Source: a virus (taxonomy: Duplodnaviria; Heunggongvirae; Uroviricota; Caudoviricetes; Peduoviridae). Taken from it: a DNA stretch of 32,336 bases. This document shows, in pieces, positions 17,758 to 27,170 of the stretch; positions within the stretch are counted from its first letter, which is position 1, and the number at the start of each line of letters is the position of its first letter. A program made the position numbers and the translations under genes. The DNA lies in IMG/VR virus record IMGVR_UViG_2974787824_000001, positions 1 through 32,336 of that record; one strand, given 5' to 3'. Under the pieces are notes generated by a model, which did not search any database, was not told the DNA's origin, and worked only from the letters and a program-made list of their open reading frames with translations.

Positions 17758-18948
17758 ATGAGTGACTATCATCATGGCGTGCAGGTGCTGGAGATTAACG
17801 ACGGCACCCGCGTCATTTCCACCGTATCCACGGCTATTGTCGGCATGGTCTGCACGGCCAGCGATGCGGATGCGGAAACTTTCCCCCTCAATAAACCTGT
17901 GCTGATTACCAATGTGCAGAGCGCAATTTCAAAGGCCGGTAAAAAAGGCACGCTGGCGGCATCGTTACAGGCCATCGCTGACCAGTCAAAACCGGTCACC
18001 GTTGTCGTGCGTGTGGAAGACGGCACCGGCGAAGACGAGGAAACGAAACTTGCGCAGACCGTTTCCAATATCATCGGCACCACCGACGAAAACGGTCAGT
18101 ACACCGGACTGAAAGCCCTGCTGGCGGCGGAGTCGGTAACCGGTGTTAAACCGCGTATTCTCGGTGTGCCGGGACTGGATACCAAAGAGGTGGCTGTTGC
18201 ACTGGCATCCGTCTGTCAGAAGCTGCGCGCTTTCGGATATATCAGCGCATGGGGCTGTAAGACCATTTCCGAGGTGAAAGCCTACCGCCAGAATTTCAGC
18301 CAGCGTGAGCTGATGGTCATCTGGCCGGATTTCCTCGCATGGGATACGGTCACCAGTACCACCGCCACCGCGTATGCCACCGCCCGTGCGCTGGGTCTGC
18401 GCGCTAAAATCGACCAGGAGCAGGGCTGGCATAAAACGCTGTCCAACGTCGGGGTAAACGGTGTTACCGGCATCAGCGCATCTGTATTCTGGGATTTGCA
18501 GGAGTCCGGCACCGATGCTGACCTGCTTAACGAGTCAGGCGTCACTACGCTGATTCGCCGCGACGGTTTCCGATTCTGGGGTAACCGTACCTGCTCTGAT
18601 GACCCGCTGTTCCTCTTTGAAAACTACACCCGCACCGCGCAGGTGATGGCCGACACGATGGCTGAGGCGCACATGTGGGCGGTGGACAAGCCCATCACCG
18701 CAACGCTGATTCGCGACATCGTTGACGGCATCAATGCCAAATTCCGTGAGCTGAAAACAAACGGCTATATCGTGGATGCGACCTGCTGGTTCAGCGAAGA
18801 ATCCAACGATGCGGAAACCCTCAAGGCCGGAAAACTGTATATCGACTACGACTATACACCGGTGCCTCCTCTTGAAAACCTGACCCTGCGCCAGCGTATT
18901 ACCGATAAATACCTGGCAAATCTGGTCACCTTGGTTAACAGCAATTAA
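17758..18948 (+). CDS. FI: Contractile tail sheath protein (P2 gpFI-like)
   Basis: 396-aa ORF; sequence recognised as P2 FI. Confidence 0.93.
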   Translation: MSDYHHGVQVLEINDGTRVISTVSTAIVGMVCTASDADAETFPLNKPVLITNVQSAISKAGKKGTLAASLQAIADQSKPVTVVVRVEDGTGEDEETKLAQTVSNIIGTTDENGQYTGLKALLAAESVTGVKPRILGVPGLDTKEVAVALASVCQKLRAFGYISAWGCKTISEVKAYRQNFSQRELMVIWPDFLAWDTVTSTTATAYATARALGLRAKIDQEQGWHKTLSNVGVNGVTGISASVFWDLQESGTDADLLNESGVTTLIRRDGFRFWGNRTCSDDPLFLFENYTRTAQVMADTMAEAHMWAVDKPITATLIRDIVDGINAKFRELKTNGYIVDATCWFSEESNDAETLKAGKLYIDYDYTPVPPLENLTLRQRITDKYLANLVTLVNSN

Positions 18949-18960
18949 GGAGCCTGACCG

Positions 18961-19479
18961 ATGGCAATGCCGCGCAAACTCAAGTTAATGAACGTCTTTC
19001 TGAACGGCTACAGCTATCAGGGCGTCGCGAAGTCCGTCACGCTACCAAAACTGACCCGTAAGCTCGAAAACTATCGCGGTGCGGGGATGAACGGCAGCGC
19101 ACCGGTAGACCTCGGCCTTGATGACGATGCGCTGTCAATGGAGTGGTCGCTCGGGGGCTTCCCGGATTCGGTTATCTGGGAGCTTTACGCCGCAACCGGT
19201 GTGGATGCCGTGCCGATTCGTTTTGCAGGCTCTTACCAGCGCGACGATACCGGCGAAACGGTGGCCGTTGAAGTGGTCATGCGTGGACGTCAGAAAGAAA
19301 TCGACACCGGCGAGGGGAAACAGGGAGAAGACACCGAGTCGAAAATCTCCGTGGTCTGCACCTATTTCCGGCTGACGATGGACGGTAAGGAGCTGGTCGA
19401 AATTGACACCATCAACATGATTGAGAAGGTGAACGGCGTCGACCGGCTGGAGCAACACCGCCGCAATATCGGCCTGTGA
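18961..19479 (+). CDS. FII: Tail tube protein (P2 gpFII-like)
   Basis: 172-aa ORF following the sheath gene; sequence as in P2 FII. Confidence 0.92.
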   Translation: MAMPRKLKLMNVFLNGYSYQGVAKSVTLPKLTRKLENYRGAGMNGSAPVDLGLDDDALSMEWSLGGFPDSVIWELYAATGVDAVPIRFAGSYQRDDTGETVAVEVVMRGRQKEIDTGEGKQGEDTESKISVVCTYFRLTMDGKELVEIDTINMIEKVNGVDRLEQHRRNIGL

Positions 19480-19486
19480 TTTTCAT

Positions 19487-19507
19487 CCGGTCAGCCTGGC
19501 TGACCGG
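19487..19507 (+). terminator. Hairpin immediately after FII (possible attenuator between tube and chaperone/tape-measure genes)
   Basis: CCGGTCAG-cctgg-CTGACCGG, an 8-bp perfect stem 8 nt after the FII stop; only a weak T-run follows, so partial termination at most. Confidence 0.35.
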
Positions 19508-19535
19508 TTAACCCCGATTCAGAAGTGAGAAAACC

Positions 19536-19811
19536 ATGAACAAAGAAAATGTCATTACCCTGGACAATCCGGTCAAACGTGGTGAGCAGGTTATCGAACA
19601 GGTCACGCTGATGAAACCCAATGCCGGGACGCTGCGCGGTGTCAGTCTGGCTGCGGTTGCAAACTCCGAAGTCGATGCACTGATTAAAGTGCTGCCGCGC
19701 ATGACGGCACCGATGCTGACCGAGCAGGAGGTCGCCGCGCTGGAACTGCCTGACCTTGTGGCGCTGGCCGGTAAGGTGGTCGGTTTTTTGTCGCCGAACT
19801 CGGTGCAGTGA
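19536..19811 (+). CDS. E: Tail assembly chaperone (P2 gpE-like)
   Basis: 91-aa ORF between the tube and tape-measure genes; slippery run near its 3' end. Confidence 0.88.
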   Translation: MNKENVITLDNPVKRGEQVIEQVTLMKPNAGTLRGVSLAAVANSEVDALIKVLPRMTAPMLTEQEVAALELPDLVALAGKVVGFLSPNSVQ

Positions 19812-19963
19812 CGTTTCCGAAAAATCTCTCGGTCGATGACCTGATGGCGGATGTGGCAGTGATATTTCACTGGCCGCCATCAGAACTGTATCCCATGAGC
19901 CTGACCGAACTCATCACATGGCGCGAAAAGGCGCTCCGGCGAAGCGGAAACACGAATGAGTAA
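19536..19963 (+). CDS. E': Tail assembly chaperone frameshift product E+E' (programmed -1 frameshift at T-TTT-TTG, 19784-19790)
   Basis: Heptamer T TTT TTG (X XXY YYZ) in the E frame. Re-reading from 19790 in the -1 frame gives VAELGAVTFPKNLSVDDLMADVAVIFHWPPSELYPMSLTELITWREKALRRSGNTNE with stop TAA at 19961-19963, overlapping the T start. Confidence 0.8.
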
Positions 19964-22403
19964 CAATGTAAAATTACAGGTATTGCTCAGGGCTGTTGAC
20001 CAGGCATCCCGCCCGTTTAAATCCATCCGCACAGCGAGCAAGTCGCTGTCGGGGGATATCCGGGAAACACAAAAATCACTGCGCGAGCTGAACGGTCACG
20101 CATCCCGTATTGAGGGATTTCGCAAGACCAGTGCGCAGCTCGCCGTGACTGGTCATGCACTTGAAAAGGCACGGCAGGAGGCCGAAGCCCTTGCCACACA
20201 GTTTAAAAACACCGAACGTCCGACACGTGCTCAGGCGAAAGTGCTGGAATCCGCGAAGCGTGCGGCGGAGGACTTACAGGCGAAATATAACCGCCTGACG
20301 GATTCCGTTAAACGCCAGCAGCGGGAACTGGCCGTTGTGGGAATTAATACCCGCAATCTTGCACATGATGAGCAGGGACTGAAAAACCGTATCAGTGAAA
20401 CCACCGCACAGCTTAACCGTCAGCGTGACGCGCTGGCGCGTGTCAGTGCGCAACAGGCAAAACTTAACGCAGTAAAACAGCGTTATCAGGCAGGCAAGGA
20501 ACTGGCCGGAAATATGGCCTCAGTGGGCGCTGCTGGTGTGGGGATTGCGGCGGCGGGAACGATGGCCGGAGTTAAGTTGCTGATGCCAGGTTATGAGTTT
20601 GCGCAGAAAAACTCAGAATTGCAGGCCGTGCTCGGAGTGGCAAAAGACTCCGCCGAAATGACCGCACTACGCAAACAGGCGCGCCAGCTCGGCGACAACA
20701 CCGCCGCCTCGGCGGACGATGCAGCCGGTGCGCAGATTATTATTGCGAAAGCCGGTGGGGATGTTGATGCCATTCAGGCGGCAACGCCGGTCACGCTGAA
20801 TATGGCGCTGGCAAACCGCCGCACGATGGAAGAAAACGCCGCCCTGCTGATGGGGATGAAATCCGCCTTTCAGCTTTCAAACGATAAGGTCGCTCATATC
20901 GGGGATGTTCTCTCCATGACGATGAACAAAACCGCCGCCGATTTTGACGGCATGAGCGATGCGCTGACCTATGCCGCACCTGTGGCAAAAAATGCCGGTG
21001 TCAGCATTGAAGAAACCGCCGCAATGGTCGGGGCGCTGCATGATGCAAAAATTACAGGCTCAATGGCGGGGACGGGAAGCCGTGCCGTGTTAAGTCGCCT
21101 GCAGGCACCAACGGGAAAAGCATGGGATGCACTCAAAGAGCTTGGCGTGAAAACCTCAGACAGTAAGGGAAACACCCGACCAGTATTTACCATTCTGAAA
21201 GAAATGCAGGCCAGTTTTGAGAAAAACCGGCTCGGTACTGCCCAGCAGGCTGAATACATGAAAACCATTTTCGGGGAGGAGGCCAGCTCAGCCGCCGCCG
21301 TGCTGATGACTGCCGCCTCAACCGGAAAGCTGGACAAACTGACCGCTGCGTTTAAAGCCTCAGACGGGAAGACCGCCGAGCTGGTAAATATCATGCAGGA
21401 CAACCTCGGCGGTGACTTTAAGGAGTTTCAGTCCGCTTATGAGGCAGTGGGGACAGACCTGTTTGACCAGCAGGAAGGCGCGCTGCGTAAGCTCACGCAG
21501 ACGGCCACAAAGTATGTGTTAAAACTCGACGGCTGGATACAGAAAAACAAATCACTGGCGTCAACCATTGGCCTCATTGCCGGTGGCGCGCTGGCGCTTA
21601 CTGGCATCATCGGTGCCATTGGTCTTGTAGCCTGGCCGGTTATCACCGGCATTAATGCCATCATCGCGGCAGCAGGCGCAATGGGGGCAATCTTCACGAC
21701 GGTTGGCAGTGCTGTTATGACCGCCATCGGGGCGGTTAGCTGGCCGGTTGTGGCTGTGGTGGCCGCTATTGTCGCCGGGGCGTTGCTTATCCGTAAATAC
21801 TGGGAGCCTGTCAGCGCATTCTTTGGCGGTGTGGTTGAAGGGCTGAAAGCGGCATTTGCGCCGGTGGGGGAACTTTTCACGCCACTTAAGCCGGTGTTTG
21901 ACTGGCTGGGCGAAAAGTTACAGGCCGCGTGGCAGTGGTTTACAAACCTGATTGCCCCGGTCAAAGCCACACAGGACACCCTGAACCGTTGCCGTGACAC
22001 GGGCGTCATGTTCGGGCAGGCACTGGCTGACGCGCTGATGCTGCCGCTTAATGCGTTCAACAAACTGCGCAGCGGCATTGACTGGGTACTGGAAAAGCTC
22101 GGGGTCATCAACAAAGAGTCAGACACACTTGACCAGACCGCCGCCAGAACTCATGCCGCCACGTATGGCACCGGTGGTTATATTCCGGCGACCAGCTCTT
22201 ATGCAGGCTATCAGGCTTATCAGCCGGTCACGGCACCGGCTGGCCGCTCTTATGTGGACCAGAGTAAAAACGAATATCACATCAGCCTGACGGGTGGAAC
22301 TGCGCCGGGGACACAGCTTGACCGCCAGTTACAGGATGCGCTCGAAAAATACGAGCGGGATAAACGTGCGCGCGCCCGTGCCAGCATGATGCATGACGGT
22401 TAA
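19956..22403 (+). CDS. T: Tail tape measure protein (P2 gpT-like)
   Basis: 815-aa ORF; alpha-helical Q/A/R-rich N-terminal part, Gly/Ala-rich hydrophobic segment (IGLIAGGALALTGIIGAIGLVAWP...), position after E/E'. Confidence 0.92.
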   Translation: MSNNVKLQVLLRAVDQASRPFKSIRTASKSLSGDIRETQKSLRELNGHASRIEGFRKTSAQLAVTGHALEKARQEAEALATQFKNTERPTRAQAKVLESAKRAAEDLQAKYNRLTDSVKRQQRELAVVGINTRNLAHDEQGLKNRISETTAQLNRQRDALARVSAQQAKLNAVKQRYQAGKELAGNMASVGAAGVGIAAAGTMAGVKLLMPGYEFAQKNSELQAVLGVAKDSAEMTALRKQARQLGDNTAASADDAAGAQIIIAKAGGDVDAIQAATPVTLNMALANRRTMEENAALLMGMKSAFQLSNDKVAHIGDVLSMTMNKTAADFDGMSDALTYAAPVAKNAGVSIEETAAMVGALHDAKITGSMAGTGSRAVLSRLQAPTGKAWDALKELGVKTSDSKGNTRPVFTILKEMQASFEKNRLGTAQQAEYMKTIFGEEASSAAAVLMTAASTGKLDKLTAAFKASDGKTAELVNIMQDNLGGDFKEFQSAYEAVGTDLFDQQEGALRKLTQTATKYVLKLDGWIQKNKSLASTIGLIAGGALALTGIIGAIGLVAWPVITGINAIIAAAGAMGAIFTTVGSAVMTAIGAVSWPVVAVVAAIVAGALLIRKYWEPVSAFFGGVVEGLKAAFAPVGELFTPLKPVFDWLGEKLQAAWQWFTNLIAPVKATQDTLNRCRDTGVMFGQALADALMLPLNAFNKLRSGIDWVLEKLGVINKESDTLDQTAARTHAATYGTGGYIPATSSYAGYQAYQPVTAPAGRSYVDQSKNEYHISLTGGTAPGTQLDRQLQDALEKYERDKRARARASMMHDG

Positions 22404-22417
22404 GGAGGTGACGAAAA

Positions 22418-22897
22418 ATGATGCTCGCGTTAGGTATGTTTGTTTTTATGCGCCAGACGCTGCCACACCAGACCATGCAGCGTGAATCAGATTATCGCTG
22501 GCCGTCAAATTCCCGTATCGGTAAACGGGATGCCTACCAGTTTCTCGGCGTTGGCGAGGAAAACATGACGCTGGCCGGTGTGCTTTATCCCGAACTGACC
22601 GGCGGCAAGCTGACGATGACCACGCTCAGGCTGATGGCAGAGGAAGGTCGGGCGTGGCCGTTGCTGGATGGCACCGGCATGATTTACGGCATGTATGTCA
22701 TCAGCAAGGTGAGTGAAACAGGGAGTATTTTCTTTGCAGACGGCACACCCCGAAAAATTGATTTTACGCTGTCGCTCACCCGCGTTGACGAATCACTGGC
22801 CGCGCTTTATGGCGATATCGGTAAACAGGCGGAATCGCTCATCGGTAAGGCCGGCAGTCTGGCGACCAGATTCACAGGTATGATGGGGGCGGGATAA
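22418..22897 (+). CDS. U: Tail protein (P2 gpU-like)
   Basis: 159-aa ORF; sequence and order as in P2 U. Confidence 0.88.
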   Translation: MMLALGMFVFMRQTLPHQTMQRESDYRWPSNSRIGKRDAYQFLGVGEENMTLAGVLYPELTGGKLTMTTLRLMAEEGRAWPLLDGTGMIYGMYVISKVSETGSIFFADGTPRKIDFTLSLTRVDESLAALYGDIGKQAESLIGKAGSLATRFTGMMGAG

Positions 22898-24060
22898 TGC
22901 TGGATGCGCTGACATTTGATGCAGGCAGTACGCTGACGCCGGATTACATGCTGATGCTCGACAGCAGGGATATTACCGGCAATATCAGCGACCGTCTGAT
23001 GAGCATGACTCTGACGGATAACCGGGGCTTTGAAGCTGACCAGCTTGATATTGAACTGAACGATGCCGACGGGCAGGTCGGGCTGCCGGTTCGTGGCGCT
23101 GTCCTGACGGTGTATATCGGCTGGAAAGGTTTTGCCCTGGTATGCAAAGGGAAATTCACCGTTGATGAGGTTGAACACCGGGGCGCGCCGGATGTGGTCA
23201 CCATCCGCGCCCGGAGTGCAGATTTCCGCGGGACGCTCAATTCCCGCCGGGAAGGCTCCTGGCATGACACCACGCTCGGTGCGATTGTTGAGGCGATAGC
23301 CTCCCGTAACAGGCTGGAAGCCAGTGTCGCTCCGTCACTGGCCGGAATTAAAATCCCGCACATCGACCAGTCGCAGGAGTCTGATGCAAAATTCCTGACC
23401 CGCCTTGCTGAACGCAACGGCGGTGAGGTGTCGGTAAAAATGGGAAAACTGTTGTTTCTCAAAGCGGGGCAGGGGGTGACGGCCAGCGGTAAAAAAGTCC
23501 CGCAGGTCACCATAACCCGCAGCGACGGCGACCGCCATCATTTTGCGATTGCTGACCGTGGAGCCTATACCGGCGTAACGGCAAAGTGGTTACACACCAA
23601 AGACCCGAAGCCGCAAAAGCAGAAGGTAAAACTGAAACGCAAAAAGAAAGAGAAACACCTGCGCGCACTGGAGCACCCGAAAGCGAAACCGGTCACGCAG
23701 AAGAAAGCGCCAAAAGTACCGGAAGCGCGCGAAGGTGAATACATGGCCGGTGAGGCTGACAACGTTTTTGCACTGACCACGGTATATGCCACGAAAGCAC
23801 AGGCCATGCGCGCCGCTCAGGCGAAGTGGGATAAACTGCAACGGGGTGTGGCGGAGTTCTCCATCAGCCTGGCTACCGGTCGGGCAGATATTTACACGGA
23901 AACACCGGTTAAAGTGTCAGGCTTTAAGCGCGTCATAGACGAGCAGGACTGGACAATCACTAAGGTGACTCATTTTCTGAATAATAGCGGCTTCACGACG
24001 TCCTTAGAGCTTGAGGTCAGGCTTTCTGATGTGGAGTACGAAACAGAAGATGATGAGTGA
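22897..24060 (+). CDS. D: Tail protein / late control gene D product (P2 gpD-like)
   Basis: 387-aa ORF overlapping the U stop; contains a lysine-rich block (KPQKQKVKLKRKKKEKHLR); sequence as in P2 D. Confidence 0.9.
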   Translation: MLDALTFDAGSTLTPDYMLMLDSRDITGNISDRLMSMTLTDNRGFEADQLDIELNDADGQVGLPVRGAVLTVYIGWKGFALVCKGKFTVDEVEHRGAPDVVTIRARSADFRGTLNSRREGSWHDTTLGAIVEAIASRNRLEASVAPSLAGIKIPHIDQSQESDAKFLTRLAERNGGEVSVKMGKLLFLKAGQGVTASGKKVPQVTITRSDGDRHHFAIADRGAYTGVTAKWLHTKDPKPQKQKVKLKRKKKEKHLRALEHPKAKPVTQKKAPKVPEAREGEYMAGEADNVFALTTVYATKAQAMRAAQAKWDKLQRGVAEFSISLATGRADIYTETPVKVSGFKRVIDEQDWTITKVTHFLNNSGFTTSLELEVRLSDVEYETEDDE

Positions 24061-24141
24061 TGTAATTTATTTATCTGTTTGTTTTATAAGGATAAATTAA
24101 CTAAAATGGCACCATCAACAAAACCGGAAGAGGTGCTCGCG

Positions 24142-24360
24142 ATGTTTCATTGTCCTTTATGCCAGCATGCCGCACATGCGCGTACAAGCCGCTATATCAC
24201 TGACACGACAAAAGAGCGTTATCACCAGTGTCAGAACGTGAATTGCAGCGCCACGTTCATCACCTATGAGTCGGTACAGCGATACATCGTGAAGCCGGGA
24301 GAAGTCCACGCCGTAAGACCGCACCCGTTGCCATCAGGGCAGCAAATTATGTGGATGTAA
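24142..24360 (+). CDS. ogr: Late gene transcriptional activator Ogr (zinc-finger)
   Basis: 72-aa product MFHCPLCQHAAHARTSRYITDTTKERYHQCQNVNCSATF... with a CxxC...CxxxxC zinc-binding motif; AT-rich upstream region; start taken at the internal Met matching the length I recall for P2 Ogr. Confidence 0.9.
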   Translation: MFHCPLCQHAAHARTSRYITDTTKERYHQCQNVNCSATFITYESVQRYIVKPGEVHAVRPHPLPSGQQIMWM

Positions 24361-24371
24361 TTACAAACAGA

Positions 24372-24398
24372 AAGCCCCTCAGTCGAGGGGCTTTTTTG
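24372..24398 (+). terminator. Rho-independent terminator after ogr
   Basis: AGCCCCTC-agtc-GAGGGGCT stem-loop followed by TTTTTT, 12 nt after the ogr stop. Confidence 0.8.
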
Positions 24399-24575
24399 TC
24401 GATGTGGTCAATGTGTGGACGTGACCAGAAATAAATCCTTTTATTTCATGTGATTAGATATCAAAAAATGTCACCAATAACTGACTTGGTAGCCCCCGCC
24501 GTAGCGGTATTTTCTGTTGTATTACAATTAGTTAAATTACTCATATCGCTTCAATTGGCTCTAGTTAACTCTGGT
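24399..24575. other. Probable attP-containing region (ogr-int intergenic)
   Basis: In P2-type genomes the attachment site lies between ogr and the 3' end of int. The region is AT-rich non-coding and contains a small inverted repeat (TGGTCA...TGACCA near 24404-24430). The core could not be pinpointed without a host attB sequence. Confidence 0.35.
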
Positions 24576-25571
24576 TTATGGACGCATTATGGACATTCCT
24601 GACACCGGGTTAAGAGTCACTGCATCTTGTAAGAAATCCGGTGCAAAGTGTGCGTAGGTCATAGTTTGCTGAATGTTAGAATGACCCAGGATGCGCTGCA
24701 ATGTGATTATGTTACCTCCATTCATTATAAAATGTGTGGCAAATGTATGCCTCAAAACATGCACTGCCTGTCCGTCAGGTAAATCGGGTTTTACTTCCCT
24801 GAGAGCGTTACGCACTTTGTAGTAACTGGCATTAAAAAGCCTGCCTGAATTTTTGGTCTTGATCCGTTTAATCAGGTCCTGCGAAACGGGAATTGTCCTG
24901 CGCTTTCCGTTTTTAGTTTTCATAAACGTAACCATCTGGTTAATGATGTGTTCAGCTTTTAAATTAGACACTTCACTCCAGCGTCCACCAGTAGAAAGGC
25001 AGACCAGAGTCGCATTTAATTCATCACCATCAAGCATGGATAACAGCCGCGTAATCTCTTCACTGGACAAAAAAGCCATTTCTGTAACAGCTTCACGTAA
25101 CCGCTTAACCTCACGGAACGGGTTGTGAGAGTGGTATTCACCGGCGTCAATTAACTTGGTGAACATCCCGCTCATTATTGCCAGATGCCGATTTACGCTG
25201 GCTGGTTTTAGACCATCGTTCATCATTACAACGCGATAATCAGTTATCGTTTTCTTTGTTAGCTGGTCAGCTCTGGACACTCCCATTTCTGCAAATTTGG
25301 CGATTATTGTCGTTAAACGCCCCCGTTCAATATCTCCACGCTCATGTGATTTTCCGTGATATATCCACCATCTGCCTAACAACTCTGTAAGAGTTCGGCG
25401 GTCGGCTGGTTTCTCCAGCCACTCTTTGTTGTGGTAGTTAACCAGTACATGACGTTCGAATGCTTGAGCTTCACCTTTAGTTTTAAATTTCCGCCTGATA
25501 CGTTTTCCATCTGCACCCTGCGGTCTGACGTCCACTTCATAACGACCATCATCGAGCTTTTTAATAGACAT
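24576..25571 (-). CDS. int: Tyrosine integrase (P2 Int family, diverged from P2)
   Basis: 331-aa leftward ORF; N-terminus MSIKKLDDGRYEVD... resembles P2 Int; C-terminal catalytic region has HVLRHTFATH (HxxR) and a Tyr in ...QTMTYAHFAP. Confidence 0.92.
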   Translation of the reverse strand: MSIKKLDDGRYEVDVRPQGADGKRIRRKFKTKGEAQAFERHVLVNYHNKEWLEKPADRRTLTELLGRWWIYHGKSHERGDIERGRLTTIIAKFAEMGVSRADQLTKKTITDYRVVMMNDGLKPASVNRHLAIMSGMFTKLIDAGEYHSHNPFREVKRLREAVTEMAFLSSEEITRLLSMLDGDELNATLVCLSTGGRWSEVSNLKAEHIINQMVTFMKTKNGKRRTIPVSQDLIKRIKTKNSGRLFNASYYKVRNALREVKPDLPDGQAVHVLRHTFATHFIMNGGNIITLQRILGHSNIQQTMTYAHFAPDFLQDAVTLNPVSGMSIMRP

Positions 25572-25664
25572 AAAGCCCTCCGATGACGCTGTTTACTTCT
25601 ACTACTTGAAAATTAATGCAATTTTCTTTCGTACATTTACTACACACATATGCTGAATAAATCG

Positions 25665-25964
25665 TCAGCCAGTTTTCTGGTCTGAGTGGTGCAAGGTTGT
25701 TGAGTCTTGCCCAATGTGTGCGAGAGCCGGGGCTATTTGTCCAGCTGCTGGATCTGTTTCATCAAACATGAACCAGTCACGGTACTTGCGAAAGCGTGGA
25801 TGCTTAAACAGCTTCATACCTGCTTCCATAGGCATTTTTGATTTTCCTGATTCATATCCATGATATGTGTAGTAATTAATTCCAATTAATTCAGCAAGTT
25901 CCTTAGTTTTAAGGCGTTCGGATTCACGGATGAGCTTTAGTTTTTCACTTTGTTCACTTGACAT
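25665..25964 (-). CDS. C: Immunity repressor (P2 C-type, diverged)
   Basis: Start at the internal Met (MSSEQSEKLKLIRESERLKTKELAELIG...) gives 99 aa; helix-turn-helix N-terminus and a C-terminal GQIAPALAH motif as I recall in P2 C; leftward, upstream of int. Confidence 0.8.
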   Translation of the reverse strand: MSSEQSEKLKLIRESERLKTKELAELIGINYYTYHGYESGKSKMPMEAGMKLFKHPRFRKYRDWFMFDETDPAAGQIAPALAHIGQDSTTLHHSDQKTG

Positions 25965-26002
25965 AATTTTGCTAATCTCCAATTATATTGTTACTTGGCA
26001 AT

Positions 26003-26052
26003 TTGTGATTCACTCAAAAAGGCTCTAGATGGCTCCAGTTGGTGAATCGCAA
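26003..26052. promoter_or_regulatory. Candidate Pe/Pc operator-promoter region between C and cox
   Basis: Divergent intergenic region. Imperfect inverted repeat TTGTGATTCAC (26003-26013) / GTGAATCGCAA (26042-26052), 10 of 11 bases complementary, flanking a GGCTC...GGCTC direct repeat (26021-26035). Confidence 0.4.
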
Positions 26053-26057
26053 ATCTT

Positions 26058-26429
26058 ATGGAGGATAGCAAAGTGACGACAAATGTAGAAATTTCTTGTC
26101 CAACTAGCGATGAGGCAAGTTTCGAAAATGAAGCCAAACGTAAAAGCATTCAGATTTCAGAGCGCCCATCTGATTTGCTGTCGAAAGAAGGTTTTGCTCT
26201 TTACATCGGTAAGACACCACGCGCGGTGGCTGAAATGGCTAAAGCAGGAAAGCTGCCAGCCTTCTACATGACAGACCCATTAAAACCAAGAGGGAAAGCT
26301 GAATTATGGATTAATCGCCGTGAGTGGGACAAGTACGCAGCCCAACTGGTTGATGAAGCTCCGACAGAATGGCATGACTGGAAAAATCGCATTAGTTACA
26401 GCAAATCAAGACATGGCCGTGCGGCTTAA
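26058..26429 (+). CDS. cox: Cox-like excisionase / early-promoter repressor
   Basis: First rightward early gene opposite C; the segment EGFALYIGKTPRAVAEMAKAGKLPAFYMTDP resembles the P2 Cox DNA-binding region. Start uncertain: ATG 26058 or GTG 26073 after GGAGG; longer than P2 Cox as I recall it. Confidence 0.65.
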   Translation: MEDSKVTTNVEISCPTSDEASFENEAKRKSIQISERPSDLLSKEGFALYIGKTPRAVAEMAKAGKLPAFYMTDPLKPRGKAELWINRREWDKYAAQLVDEAPTEWHDWKNRISYSKSRHGRAA

Positions 26430-26610
26430 GGTGGAAAGGATGAACGAGCCTCGTTGTATTGCTCAGTTACTGCGTAACGAAAGCCCCAGGGCGATTGACT
26501 TCACCATCACCCACGGGAAGGGACGCAAGGGAATCATTATCCGCACCAAAAAACAGAGTCCGTTAAAGACGGCTCTGACCTTTCTGAAAAGCCGGAGGGG
26601 CTGGAAATGA
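26413..26610 (+). CDS. Small early protein (P2 orf78-position)
   Basis: Short basic ORF (MAVRLKVERMNEPRCIAQLL...) between cox and B, overlapping the cox 3' end in another frame; start chosen at the first ATG after the cox-frame overlap; uncertain. Confidence 0.45.
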   Translation: MAVRLKVERMNEPRCIAQLLRNESPRAIDFTITHGKGRKGIIIRTKKQSPLKTALTFLKSRRGWK

Positions 26611-27107
26611 CAGTGATGACGCTTAATCTCGTTGAAAAACAGCCAGCAGCTATGCGCCGGATAATTGGTAAGCATCTTGCCGTTCCTCGCTGGCAGGAGA
26701 CATGTGATTATTATAATCAGATGATGGAGCGCGAACGGTTAACGGTTTGCTTCCATGCTCAGTTAAAACAGCGTCACGCAACGATGTGTTTTGAAGAAAT
26801 GAACGACGTCGAACGTGAACGACTGGTATGTGCAATTGATGAATTGCGTGGTGCATTCTCAAAACGCCGTCAGGTTGGCGCAAGTGAGTATGCATATATT
26901 AGTTTTTTAACAGTCAGTCAGCGTCGTACTTTATTTATGCATGCCGGATTGACTGAAAAAGAATTCAACCAGCCATACTGGCGAATTAATGAAGAGTCAT
27001 GTTACTGGCGTGATGCTTTATTCCGTGCATTACGTGAATTATTCAGCCTGTTTGAGTATGCACCGACAATTCTGACGTCGGTAAAACCAGAGCAATATCT
27101 GCATTAA
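26607..27107 (+). CDS. B: Replication protein B (P2 gpB-like, helicase-loader-type)
   Basis: 166-aa ORF; sequence and length as I recall for P2 B. Confidence 0.88.
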   Translation: MTVMTLNLVEKQPAAMRRIIGKHLAVPRWQETCDYYNQMMERERLTVCFHAQLKQRHATMCFEEMNDVERERLVCAIDELRGAFSKRRQVGASEYAYISFLTVSQRRTLFMHAGLTEKEFNQPYWRINEESCYWRDALFRALRELFSLFEYAPTILTSVKPEQYLH

Positions 27108-27170
27108 GTAATTAACCAGAGTTTTTAACGCACTTAATTGTGCGGGGCTTCTTTTTGCCTGGAGAAAGTC

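Noticed and set aside
20591-22126. Several long minus-strand ORFs inside tape-measure gene T (up to 229 aa)
   Set aside because: Antisense to a strongly supported, highly repetitive Ala/Gly-rich gene; Ala-rich coding DNA generates long antisense ORFs.
24079-24141. Upstream extension of the ogr ORF (MFYKDKLTKMAPSTKPEEVLA...)
   Set aside because: The extension lies in the AT-rich promoter region; the internal Met gives the length I recall for Ogr and begins the zinc-finger motif.
26320-26412. Longer 96-aa version of the small ORF overlapping cox
   Set aside because: It would overlap most of the cox 3' half in another frame; a shorter start at 26413 is more plausible, though the gene itself stays uncertain.
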